Assembly: GCA_002269645.1 (NCBI GenBank)
Contig: NIVC01000046.1
Span: 205,306-269,305 of the forward strand
Length of the DNA stretch: 64,000 nt
Direction of reading: 5' to 3'
Source of the DNA: Macrostomum lignano
Taxonomy: Eukaryota
Each line of letters begins with the position of its first letter. Within the stretch, counting starts at the first letter, position 1. Positions 13,761-30,099 of this stretch are shown here, one piece after another. The notes under the pieces were generated by a model. The model did not search any database, was not told the DNA's origin, and was given only the letters and a program-made list of their open reading frames with translations. The translations under genes and the position numbers were made by a program.

Positions 13761-14619
13761 TATCGAGAAGATTCATAAACTCATAAATAATCTTCCTCCA
13801 CAACCAACATGAAAAATTGGACAACGCCGTGTGTGCCATGCTGTTACTACAGGTCTTACACCAATCGAATCCGTATCGAATCGAATCCTTTGGGTATCAA
13901 AGCTAGATACCCACCTTTTGCTATATCTCCTTTTTGCATGTTTCCTGCGAGTATCTATTTCCATTTACAAATACCGGTGCGATCGCGTCTATCAGTATAC
14001 CGTAAATACTTTAACTGCAAACAATTAATGCCTACCTAAATCTTTGTTTTAAACGCCCTTTTTCGGTTGTTACGTTTTTATAAAAAATAATATCTTTCAT
14101 TTTTAAATGCCTAATATTTTAAATGACTGAATACATATTTTAATCACCTACTGGAAGAATTGCTCTCCATCAAGTTCATACAGTACCTGTTTTATAATTC
14201 CATATTTAAATACTTTTCGTCTTGTTAGCCGTTGAATTTCGTTCGAAGATTCATAGAAAATTGTTTAGCCGCTCTTTCAAATACTATATATTTTTTACTA
14301 AATTTTACTATCTACCATCCATATCAAAGCAAAGTGAAATTAAGGACAAAACGTTATCTGACCCAGCTTTCACAGTCGAAATAATTTCTGTATATTTCTT
14401 CCTAGTTCATCCATCAAATTTTCTGCATCACTGTCGCTAGAGCTAGTGCAATTCTGGTCGTCGTCCGGGTCATTGTGGGACTGCTGGGAATAGGCGAAGC
14501 GTTGCATCGACTGACGCTGATTCTTGTTTGATCCTTGCCCACCTGCAGCACATGATAAATGCTGTCCACGGGTGCTGCAGTTGCGCTGGACGCCTGGTGA
14601 GCAGTGGCGTGGATCCGAT

Positions 14620-15080
14620 GTCGAGTTGGGGTCGCTGGTGCAGATAGATGCGGTGAAAATGCACCAGCAGCTAGTGTCATTACCGTTGAAGCTGGAGAGA
14701 CATATGCCGCTGTCGAGTTGGGGTCGCTGGTGCAGATAGATGCGGTGAAAATGCACCAGCAGCTGGTGTCATTACCGTTGAAGCTGGAGAGACATATGCC
14801 GCTGTCGAGTTGGGGTCGCTGGTGCAGATAGATGCGGTGAAAATGCACCAGCAGCTAGTGTCATTACCGTTGAAGCTGGAGAGACATATGCCGCTGTCGA
14901 GTTGGGGTCGCTGGTGCAGATAGATGCGGTGAAAATGCACCAGCAGCTGGTGTCATTACCGTTGAAGCTGGAGAGACATATGCCGCTGTCGAGTTGGGGT
15001 CGCTGGTGCAGATAGATGCGGTGAAAATGCACCAGCAGCGGGTGTCATTACATTTGAAGCTGGAGAGACATATGCCGCTG
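14620..15080. repeat. 92-bp tandem repeat, ~5 copies
   Basis: TGTCGAGTTGGGGTCGCTGGTGCAG... recurs at 14620, 14712, 14804, 14896 and 14988. Confidence 0.95.
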
Positions 15081-16304
15081 GAGCCGCTGCAGATGTGCCC
15101 GCTGGGTCTCTGGCCAGGCTAATTGCTCGGTGACGCCGCTTTTTTAAGCGGTCCGTACCGCGATGCAACAGGTCTTTTCACCTTATCATGCACCTTAGCC
15201 GTTGTTGGCTTGGCTTCGTCCAAAGCATAGAAGCTCGTGATGGCATTTGCGTGCGTTATAGATTTATAGCTAGAGATGTAGGAATAATTTCAACACTTAA
15301 TGTATTAGATAATATTACATTTCTACTTACAGTAGCTGACTTACGTCAATTCATGTTTGAGTTTCTTTCAGATTCATTTGCGAAAAATTGCAGCATGAAA
15401 ATTCTGCAAAGTTATTTGAGACTTATTTGAATGCCGCTTGAGCGGACTCATAAAGCTCGTTATATTGCATAATGAAATGATTCTCACCTTGAAAATAATT
15501 CAGGAATGTTACTTTGAAGCCCAGATGCTGATCAGTCAAAGATGTTTTAGATCCTGCCAGACAAGCTCGACTCTGCATATCTCTTCTATTGAATCTGACA
15601 GCTACTTGTAGGTCGGGAGTCAAACGGGAGTCCATTATCGTCCGAACTGTCTCTGACACTGTCGACCGCTTAGCGAGAAGAAGCAGAGTTTTCTATAATG
15701 ACAGAAACAACGCATATGATTGACAAGTAATAGTTGAATCCGTGATTATCTAAGATTGTGTTGTCACTTGTCGTCAGGAAGAGTGCAAAGAGAATGAAAC
15801 AGACGAGTTTAACATAGAGGGATGCAGAAATAGCAAAAAATGAGACAAAAATGAGGTACGATAATTTAGCTAAATTGAGGTTGAGCTTAAAAAGATGTAA
15901 TTAATACGCTCGTAGAGGGTGAGATAAGTATTGAACACTGGAATGGAGTCTAAGATTTAAGTTTACTTGAAATATCTGGCTCCAAACTGACCATTTCTGA
16001 AAGCATCTCTGTTGGCTGCAACTCAACGAACTCCACACACACTTGCTCAGCGCGAATTGACGCCAGTTCTTCTAGGGAGCTTTGTTGGGTTTCAAATTTA
16101 CTGTTCTTCATCATTTGTTCGCGGAGAAGTGATTCCACGAATACTTTCCAAAGGAAGTCGACCACTGACTGAATCTGCCGCTGAAGCACGTGTACCAGAC
16201 TTGGCCCGAAGCCAAATACTGAAGGCTTTGAGGCAGTTGAGATGTCTGCGGCTGCTGCCTCTTCGACCCTTGGAGCCATCACTGCAGCTTCAATTTTTGT
16301 GATG

Positions 16305-17095
16305 GCTTCCGCTTTCGCTTCCGCTTTCGCTTCCGCTTTCGCTTCCGCTTTCGCTTCCGCTTTCGCTTCCGCTTTCGCTTCCGCTTTCGCTTCCGCTTTC
16401 GCTTCCGCTTTCGCTTCCGCTTTCGCTTCCGCTTTCGCTTCCGCTTTCGCTTCCGCTTTCGCTTCCGCTTTCGCTTCCGCTTTCGCTTCCGCTTTCGCTT
16501 CCGCTTTCGCTTCCGCTTTCGCTTCCGCTTTCGCTTCCGCTTTCGCTTCCGCTTTCGCTTCCGCTTTCGCTTCCGCTTTCGCTTCCGCTTTCGCTTCCGC
16601 TTTCGCTTCCGCTTTCGCTTCCGCTTTCGCTTCCGCTTTCGCTTCCGCTTTCGCTTCCGCTTTCGCTTCCGCTTTCGCTTCCGCTTTCGCTTCCGCTTTC
16701 GCTTCCGCTTTCGCTTCCGCTTTCGCTTCCGCTTTCGCTTCCGCTTTCGCTTCCGCTTTCGCTTCCGCTTTCGCTTCCGCTTTCGCTTCCGCTTTCGCTT
16801 CCGCTTTCGCTTCCGCTTTCGCTTCCGCTTTCGCTTCCGCTTTCGCTTCCGCTTTCGCTTCCGCTTTCGCTTCCGCTTTCGCTTCCGCTTTCGCTTCCGC
16901 TTTCGCTTCCGCTTTCGCTTCCGCTTTCGCTTCCGCTTTCGCTTCCGCTTTCGCTTCCGCTTTCGCTTCCGCTTTCGCTTCCGCTTTCGCTTCCGCTTTC
17001 GCTTCCGCTTTCGCTTCCGCTTTCGCTTCCGCTTTCGCTTCCGCTTTCGCTTCCGCTTTCGCTTCCGCTTTCGCTTCCGCTTTCGCTTCCGCTTC
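16305..17095. repeat. Homogeneous 12-bp array (GCTTCCGCTTTC)n, ~66 copies
   Basis: Seen directly; encodes (AEAK)n on the minus strand. Confidence 0.98.
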
Positions 17096-17655
17096 AGGCA
17101 CTCAAAGTTACCAAGACGCTTCAGACACTTAAGTTACCAAGACACTTCAGGCACTCAAAGTTACCAAGACACTTCAGGCACTCAAAGTTACCAAGACGCT
17201 TCAGGCACTCAAGTTACCAAGACACTTCAGGCACTCAAAGTTACCAAGACACTTCAGGCACTCAAAGTTACCAAGACACTTCAGGCACTCAAAGTCACCA
17301 AGACGCTTCAGGCACTCAAAGTTACCAAGACACTTCAGGCACTCAAAGTTAGCAAGACGCTTCAGGCACTCAAGCTACCAAGACACTTCAGGCACTCAAA
17401 GTTACCAAGACACTTCAGGCACTCAAAGTTACCAAGACACTTCAGGCACTCAAAGTCACCAAGACGCTTCAGGCACTCAAAGTTACCAAGATGCTTCAGG
17501 CACTCAAAGTTACCAAGACACTTCAGGCACTCAAAGTTACCAAGACGCTTCAGGCACTCAAAGTTACCAAGACGCTTCAGTCACTCAAAGTAACAAAGAT
17601 GCTTCAGTCACTCAAAGTAACAAAGATGCTTCAGTCACCCAAAGTAACAAAGATG
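17091..17655. repeat. 27-bp minisatellite, ~21 copies
   Basis: Unit ACTTCAGGCACTCAAAGTTACCAAGAC, with a variant at the 3' end and again at 17943-17995. Confidence 0.95.
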
Positions 17656-18229
17656 CTGTTAGTCTAGGCTAAACTGAGTCAGGTCATGTTTGCAAGCGAA
17701 GGAGAATACCATTAAAAGAACTCTACCGAAGTGACGAAAGTATTTATTTGACTTCATAACACGAAACCACGTACATTAATAGACAAACGCGATCTAATTG
17801 GCTGGGGGTTAAAACCATGCACACTGGCAAGCGCAAATGTACCAACGGGTAGGGGTAAAACGATAGCGCGCAAGAATGATCAGTCACGGGAGGGAGAGAG
17901 AGAGAGACAGTGAAACAACGTGAAAACCAAAGTACAACCCCAACAGATGCTTCAGTCACTCAAAGTAACAACGATGCTTCAGTCACTCAAATATTCTACA
18001 AAGTGTATATTTTAGCAACTCGTTGAAACCAAAGTATTCTTTTATTTGTCTTTTCTCGTAGCATCGTTAAGAAAAATAATATGCTTTAATGCTTCCTAGT
18101 AAAAGACAACTTAATTAAAAATCCAGTAAGTGAGTAAATCTTTGTGTCGATCATGCAAAACTACTTTTTAGGAAATTCTTTTTTGATAAAAAATGAAATG
18201 CAGCTACTATCAGTGAAGAATACTTTTTC

Positions 18230-22900
<4,671 letters not shown>

Positions 22901-23479
22901 CGCACCTTAGAGCTGAGCGTACTTATTACTGTCTCTCTCGTGAGAGTTATGTGTGGACCGAAAAACGCACACGAAATCCACGCACGCCTCCTTCTTGTAA
23001 TATTTGATATATTGCGATACGGCAAATAGGTTTAGGCCCTAGACAAACCTTTTGGAGCGATTGGAGATTCAAAAAATATTAATTCTATTGCCTATTGCCG
23101 GTTGCCGAGTCCTACATATAAGTTCTTTCCGCTTCTTCCCTTCTTTGGCAAGAATTCCTCGACTGAGAGCGCGTTTCTTGGCCGAGGCGCAGCCGAGTCC
23201 TAGAAGCGAGCTCGAAGCCGGGGACTATGGGACATAGACAGAAAGAAACGGAAACGGCAATAGACTAACTTCCTTTTACAGTTCTTTCTCGTGGTTAAGT
23301 TTTTCGCCCCAATCCTTTTCATTGTTAACTCATAAAATATAATGGCTATTCAACTCTTAAGTTTTCGTGTAGTTCACTATAGTGTAGTTCGTGTAGATTA
23401 CTACAATCTCTTGAGGTCGTTCCGAGTATTCGATTAAAGCTTGGATTTTTCACCTGCATTTATGTGATGGGTTTCGACC

Positions 23480-24900
23480 TTCCGGCCCCCTTTTGGGGAA
23501 GCCTTCGGGCCTTAGGTCTCAGAAATAAATCAATTAGTCCTGGCTCCCCACTCCTGTCAGATGGTCAGCCCCATGGTAGCTTGATCGTGTGGCGAGCAGT
23601 CTAGGTCCTATAGCTAAGAGAGGGACAGCGAGAGACAAGCAGGGAGAATTTTGAAGGTAGAAATTAGTTAATCCGCAGACTAAGCTAACTCGCTGCCACC
23701 AGCCCGTACGTCCTGGCTCACCACACCGGGACTCTCGAAATCGGGCTTCCGACTAGGAGGGGCTTTGCACTTACCTGCCAACTAGTGTCTTTTTGCTGTC
23801 TATCTCGAAGTCATAGCCGATGTTAAGGGACACTGCTGGGACTAGATCGCATTGGCCATGCAGGTACAGAGGGGACTTGTGCAGGGGATTCTTGCAGTGG
23901 CGAGTCTATGGGGTAGCTACATGTACTATTACATTGCTAAATACGAGGAATTCTACTTTTGGCCTTCAAAGCGCCAACCAGCCTCTCCTAGCGCTGATGA
24001 TAGGCTAACTCGAACTTCAGAGACCGCATGATTCATCACCCGAGCCGCTTGGCGAACCTAGAGTGCACAAAGTACATCTCTGGCGCCGATTCTGCACTAC
24101 TGGCAGTTTCGCTAACTGATTCGATAGATTGATCGACTGAGAACTGCATTGCCATTGGTCCACTGTGACCGGCGCCTACTAGCTTAGCTACTCGTCTGAG
24201 CTATCGGCGAACAAAGAAATAAAACCGATAAAAATAACTGTTAGATTTAACCTTCTCCTCAAATCACTTCACACTTCAGATTGAATTGGAGTTATTAGAC
24301 TACTAGTAGTATTATTAAATGACTTCTGCCTCGATTACAGCACTACTGAACAAAACGAGCAAAAGTGTGCGCCTAATCCAGCTACTGAAACAAGGGACAG
24401 ATAAGGAATCACCCAATCAAGCAAGTCTAGGCAGCCTCTCACCCAACCAATCAAAAAATCAACAGCCGGAGACCAGGTAATCCACAGTGACCGAATCGGC
24501 TTAGTGCTTCGCAGCTGTAGGCCCGGGATGATGCTGATGTCACAATCTTCGCTGATAGCTAGTAAGTGATGCTCTTCACTTTGATGTTCACTGCTGATGA
24601 CCGGGGGGATTCGTCCTTGATGATGACGGGGGGAAGTCGCAATCCGGGGATCAAGAAACGACGGTCAGTCCCTGGCCGGTGGAGCCAAGGGTAGCACCCG
24701 GTCGCAAGAAGGTTGTCTTCTGAACGGGCCAAAAACACCGGTTTAAATAGCCGCCAACTGGACCGTAGTTTGTTATAATGGAACACGTCAATTCTGATTG
24801 GCTGAGCCGATTTGTTAAAATGAGCGTCGCGAATTTTCTGTTTGGATGAGGTAGTTGCCACCCAAAATCACGTGACCGGGAGATCCTATCAGTTCCCACA
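23480..24900 (-). mobile_element. Possible decayed LTR-element 5' region
   Basis: PBS-like TAGGCGCC (~24175, minus) followed by a broken gag-like frame. No diagnostic motif. Confidence 0.25.
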
Positions 24901-26830
24901 GGGTCGTAAAAACATGACAGGTGCGGCCATAAATCACTCAAAATCGCAACAAAATTATTTATGACTTTTCGCGTAGACTTGACAAAAATGAATGAAAAAA
25001 TATACATTAGAAAGCTCTTATTAAATAGAAAGTGAAGATAATGAAGAGAAATCGCTAATCGCTAATCCCAAAGTACTTTTATTGGTAAAACGCGCATAGC
25101 TGTCGAAGCTGTCACACGCTCGAGTGAACACGAACAATAGGCTCTGACCTCAGAAGTCTTGATGGCCTGTCAAAATGATGAGAAAAAAGCTACCGCCCGC
25201 ATCCTCTCAGACCATCTGGCGCCTGCCTCAACACTGAGTGAGGCGCAGGTGGCTGTCAGACCATGCAGCTACGAAAGCGATGATATGACCCAAAAAGCTG
25301 CGTCTATGTTTACTACTATAAGTATGACCAAATATTAAATCTAGTATAGATTCTATGACAATTCGCAGAAAAAGGATAAAAATGCCCACTGCCCACTGTT
25401 AGTAGGCTAGTAAGTTTAGAGCCCATGTGCTAGCGCGGGATTTGGAAAAAAGTGCATCCTCGAGCTCATCATATTCATAATTTAGGGTCGACCTTCGTTG
25501 AACTAAAACCGGTGATCAGGTCAAGAAGGAACTTTATCATTTGACAGGTCGGGGTTTTGGATAGAAAAGGGGAAAACTTACGTCGCATTCAGGTTAACAT
25601 TTACCATATTTGGAAAATCTAGCATAGATCGATGTTGCGAGTCTTTTTTTGAACTATAGAGAACTCGCTGTTTTCGTGATATTGCTGGTATTACTAAAAG
25701 TATGGCGCATGCTGTTTTTAAATTTGTATTCGTACCTTTATCGAAAGACCACTGGTCCTTGATTTTATCTTACTACTTCTAGTAGTCTACTTTGTTTTGA
25801 AAATCTCTACAAGAGAAGAGACGAGATGAGAGGAGAGAGGAGAGAGATGGAATGAGACATCGATGAGAGAGGAGAGTGAGAGAAAAGAGAGAGAAGACAG
25901 CTGAGAAGAGACACCAACCTTGATCGGGCCAGATTGCTAATTGTAAAGTTTCAAAGCAAGACGGCCGAATTGAGCGGGCTGGAATTTGCCGACGCGACCC
26001 CTCCTTGCACCAATTATAAAGCAATCTTGGAATTGTTAATTTCAAAATCAGTTTTCAGTTAATAAATTAAATCTTACTCGACGCTAAAAAGAGTGTATAT
26101 ATTCACTAAAAAGATAGCTGACGTCGGTCAATTTTGTTGAAGTTACTGACAATTGTTTTAAATTTTGAATATTATCCACCCTGCCAAAATTAAATTAATT
26201 AAATTAAACATTATAGGGTCGGAAAAACGTATTCATTTCCCGATTGACATTCAGATTCACATTCAAATTTTAACAAAGCCGCTGTAACTTTTCTTTACTT
26301 GAACGAAACGCTTTAAAATTTTACAAAAACTTTGACGCAATCAAGAAAAAAAACTACGTAAAATATCTCGGCATTTAAAAATAGACTGTACAAATTATTC
26401 ACATATAAAGTTTGTTCCTATCTCCTTAGTGTATTATTATGCAACTCAACAAAACGGCTTAAAATACACGCAGAGCTACGAAACTTTATTTTTCTCTTGA
26501 CGCACGCGAGATGCGTTGGCAAGTGAAAAATCAGCACCCTAGCTTAAAGCCTGTACGAGTTATTCACCTGCAAACTGTGTTCCTATCTCCGTAGTGTATT
26601 TTGGGGGTCCAGCTTGACATTCGCTGACAGACACTTCTACTCAACGCAGAGCTACGAAACTTTATTTTTCTCTTGACGCACGCGAGATGCGTTGGCAAGT
26701 GAAAAATCAGCACCCTAGCTTAAAGCCTGTACGAGTTATTCACCTGCAAACTGTGTTCCTATCTCCGTAGTGTATTTTGGGGGTCCAGCTTGACATTCGC
26801 TGACAGCCATGCAGCCATGCAGAAGACTTT

Positions 26831-28249
26831 TTAAACAGTGGATCCTCTTTCTGTGAATGATGAAGAGGTGACCGGACATTTTTTCAACCAGCATTTCGTC
26901 AACCGGCAGTTCGTCAACCAGACATTACGGCAACTCAGCAAATTGTAGCTGATAATTATATAGCTCTGCACCAGCCAGAGAATGTGAGAATGGCCGCTAT
27001 TAGCAACCGAGAGAGTCAAAAGCAGGGCTTCCAAGAACTCCAGAAAGCAGAGCTTCTCACCAGCAGCAAATCTGCCGGGCCAGATGCGCCTGATAATTCC
27101 TTGTACTTCTGCGGCAGAAGTATTTTTTAGAGCTAGCATTTGATGAAAAAGCAGCGGTAGAGATCTTTGCAAGTCGCTAGCTATGTCCCGTCTCATTAAT
27201 GGGCCGTTCTGCTCCATCCAGTAAAGAAGCTGAATGGCAGAATTGGCATAGCAGTCTGCTCCGCTATTTCTTAGTCCACAGAGAGGCTGCGGCTCTGAAC
27301 TTCTTGATGATGTTTGTTTGGCAGCCTTTGCCCCTGAACTATGCTCTTGACGAGGCTCTGTTCTAACATTTTCCTCAGCAGGTAGAGATGTGTAAAGATT
27401 AGCGTTGAGGCTTTTAGGAAGCTGTGTATCAACGAAGCGGCGCTCAGGATATCGTTGGCGAAAGCAATCTGGGTCGTAGGCATAATGACCTAGGAGCAAA
27501 AGAACTGCCATTACATGGCAGTCACAGCCAGCTGTTCGGCTACCAACTTTGGACGAGGAGTAGTGGGCATGTAGCCTCCTTAGACCGGCATCGTGGAATC
27601 CAAAAGGGTTTCCATTCGGTAAATCGCTGAGGCGAAGAAGGACTCGATATGTTCGAGATGTGTGCCTCGAAAACACAACGGACAAAAATATCCACGACGG
27701 TTGCCAGTTGCCGAATTTCTTTTGCCAGTTCCTTGCCTGCTGTTCTTGCCGGAATTTCCAGCAGCGCATCGATTGAGGCAGCTGCGATGCAAGGTCTTCA
27801 AGCTCTAACCACGTATCACCGTCGAAATACTCAAGCGTGTGTTCCACCTGGATGTTTTGGATATAGCTTTCAGACTGCTGTACATGAAATGGTCCCACAC
27901 TTACTTCGTGAAGGTTGTCTATCTCAATTCGAGGAAAGCCTGTGGACTCTGGATCTAGCACATCGACTGGTGACCAGCGCCTCGACCCTTCGATAGGAAT
28001 TCGGGTCACGTCACACAGGTAGTTCACACCTTCAATCGGATCGAATTCGTTGCTGAGAAACATGCGCCTATTAAAATTCTGACCAAACTCAAAAAGTGAG
28101 CTGTCATTCCATGACTTTGGCAGCGTTTTATTCAATGGGAATCCAATGTGCGATCGGTTGTATTTGGCAATACAGTTGTCGATAATGACATCTAGCCGAC
28201 TCGACAGAAAAGCGGAAAAGCGTAGCCAGCCTACTGGTATTTGACTCAA
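26831..28249 (-). CDS. 472-aa ORF: C-terminal part of DDE_Tnp_4/ISL2EU-like transposase with degenerate SWIM, fused to N-half of a USP (peptidase C19) domain
   Basis: GPFHVQQSESY, FSRHTSRTYRV and YSSSKVGSRTAGCDCHVMAVLLLLG recall that transposase family. GLRNSGADCYANSAIQLL is a USP Cys box. GEKLCFLEFLEALL resembles the QD..EF box. No DDE core and no His box. Confidence 0.65.
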   Translation of the reverse strand: MSQIPVGWLRFSAFLSSRLDVIIDNCIAKYNRSHIGFPLNKTLPKSWNDSSLFEFGQNFNRRMFLSNEFDPIEGVNYLCDVTRIPIEGSRRWSPVDVLDPESTGFPRIEIDNLHEVSVGPFHVQQSESYIQNIQVEHTLEYFDGDTWLELEDLASQLPQSMRCWKFRQEQQARNWQKKFGNWQPSWIFLSVVFSRHTSRTYRVLLRLSDLPNGNPFGFHDAGLRRLHAHYSSSKVGSRTAGCDCHVMAVLLLLGHYAYDPDCFRQRYPERRFVDTQLPKSLNANLYTSLPAEENVRTEPRQEHSSGAKAAKQTSSRSSEPQPLCGLRNSGADCYANSAIQLLYWMEQNGPLMRRDIASDLQRSLPLLFHQMLALKNTSAAEVQGIIRRIWPGRFAAGEKLCFLEFLEALLLTLSVANSGHSHILWLVQSYIIISYNLLSCRNVWLTNCRLTKCWLKKCPVTSSSFTERGSTV

Positions 28250-28545
28250 TAGCAGTCAGTTTTCCGTGAAGGGGGCGATCCTCAGCCGATACTGGATTCT
28301 TTGAGCCTTAGGTTCACATGAAATCCGGTCCGGTCACCGGATCGGAAATAAGTCCGGTCACCTCTTCATCATTCACAGAAAGAGGATCCACTGTTTAAAA
28401 AGTCTTCTGCATGGCTGCATGGTGTAGCAGACTCCCAATGAGTCCCGTTTTCGACTTCCGGGCTTCACCAGATGGCTCAAACAACTCCCGATCATGAGGA
28501 CCCCACTAAAGCAGCGTAAAAATGATGCGATGCGTGCTCATCAGC

Positions 28546-29765
28546 GTCAGCGAATGTCAAGCTGGACCCCCAAAATACACTACGGAGATAGGAACACAGT
28601 TTGCAGGTGAATAACTCGTACAGGCTTTAAGCTAGGGTGCTGATTTTTCACTTGCCAACGCATCTCGCATGCGTCAAGAGAAAAATAAAGTTTTGTAGCT
28701 CTGCGTTGAGTAGAAGTGTCTGTCAGCGAATGTCAAGCTGGACCCCCAAAATACACTACGGAGATAGGAACACAGTTTGCAGGTGAATAACTCGTACAGG
28801 CTTTAAGCTAGGGTGCTGATTTTTCACTTGCCAACGCATCTCGCGTGCGTCAAGAGAAAAATAAAGTTTCGTAGCTCTGCGTTGAGTAGAAGTGTCTGTC
28901 AGCGAATGTCAAGCTGGACCCCCAAAATATACACTGCGGAGATAGGAACACAGTTTGCAGGTGAATAACTCGTACAGGCTTTAAGCTAGGGTGCTGATTT
29001 TTCACTTGCCAACGCATCTCGCATGCGTCAAGAGAAAAATAAAGTTTCGTAGCTCTGCGTTGAGTAGAAGTGTCTGTCAGCGAATGTCAAGCTGGACCCC
29101 CAAAATACACTGCGGAGATAGGAACACAGTTTGCAGGTGAATAACTCGTACAGGCTTTAAGCTAGGGTGCTGATTTTTGACTTGCCAACGCATCTCGCGT
29201 GCGTCAAGAGAAAAATAAAGTTTCGTAGCTCTGCGTTGAGTAGAAGTGTCTGTCAGCGAATGTCAAGCTGGACCCCCAAAATACACTACGGAGATAGGAA
29301 CACAGTTTGCAGGTGAATAACTCGTACAGGCTTTAAGCTAGGGTGCTGATTTTTCACTTGCCAACGCATCTCGCATGCGTCAAGAGAAAAATAAAGTTTT
29401 GTAGCTCTGCGTTGAGTAGAAGTGTCTGTCAGCGAATGTCAAGCTGGACCCCCAAAATACACTACGGAGATAGGAACACAGTTTGCAGGTGAATAACTCG
29501 TACAGGCTTTAAGCTAGGGTGCTGATTTTTCACTTGCCAACGCATCTCGCGTGCGTCAAGAGAAAAATAAAGTTTCGTAGCTCTGCGTTGAGTAGAAGTG
29601 TCTGTCAGCGAATGTCAAGCTGGACCCCCAAAATACACTACGGAGATAGGAACACAGTTTGCAGGTGAATAACTCGTACAGGCTTTAAGCTAGGGTGCTG
29701 ATTTTTCACTTGCCAACGCATCTCGCGTGCGTCAAGAGAAAAATAAAGTTTCGTAGCTCTGCGTG
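28546..29765. repeat. 176-bp tandem array (~7 copies) within right TIR; ~2 inverted copies at 26470-26807
   Basis: GTCAGCGAATGTCAAGCTGGACCCCC at 28546, 28722, 28898 and onward. Confidence 0.95.
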
Positions 29766-30099
29766 TATTTTAAGCCGTTTTGTTGAGTTGCATAATAATA
29801 CACTAAGGAGATAGGAACAAACTTTATATGTGAATAATTTGTACAGTCTATTTTTAAATGCCGAGATATTTTACGTAGTTTTTTTTCTTGATTGCGTCAA
29901 AGTTTTTGTAAAATTTTAAAGCGTTTCGTTCAAGTAAAGAAAAGTTACAGCGGCTTTGTTAAAATTTGAATGTGAATCTGAATGTCAATCGGGAAATGAA
30001 TACGTTCGGAAAAACGGAAACCCAACTCCCCCTGATGGCTGCGATGGAGAAGAATGAAGTATTCTTTCAATGACAATAAAATAAAATGATTTTATTTTA

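Larger units (their letters stand above)
14414..17101 (-). pseudogene. Probable transposon-associated gene: (AEAK)n tract + DUF4806-like exon + Ala/Pro-rich tail; likely disrupted
   Basis: ORF 17101-15950. Exon ~15690-15491 KTLLLLAKRSTVSETVRTIMDSRLTPDLQVAVRFN resembles DUF4806. KDLLHRGTDRLKKRRHR (~15180) resembles the family C-terminal motif. A clean splice path could not be closed. Confidence 0.4.
26227..30005 (-). mobile_element. Foldback-type DNA transposon derivative with long composite TIRs and 8-bp TSD TCGGAAAA
   Basis: Outer arms 26227-26470 and 29760-30005 read as near-exact reverse complements. Inner arms ~26810-26878 and ~28350-28420 are also inverted. TCGGAAAA at 26219-26226 and 30006-30013 (an overlapping 6-bp reading is also possible). 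Confidence 0.92.

Noticed and set aside
16242-17132. 296-aa (ASAF)n plus-strand ORF
   Set aside because: Antisense shadow of the 12-bp array; no unique coding context.
28546-29765. 176-bp array as CRISPR-like
   Set aside because: Units are near-identical end to end with no unique spacers; it is a TIR subrepeat.
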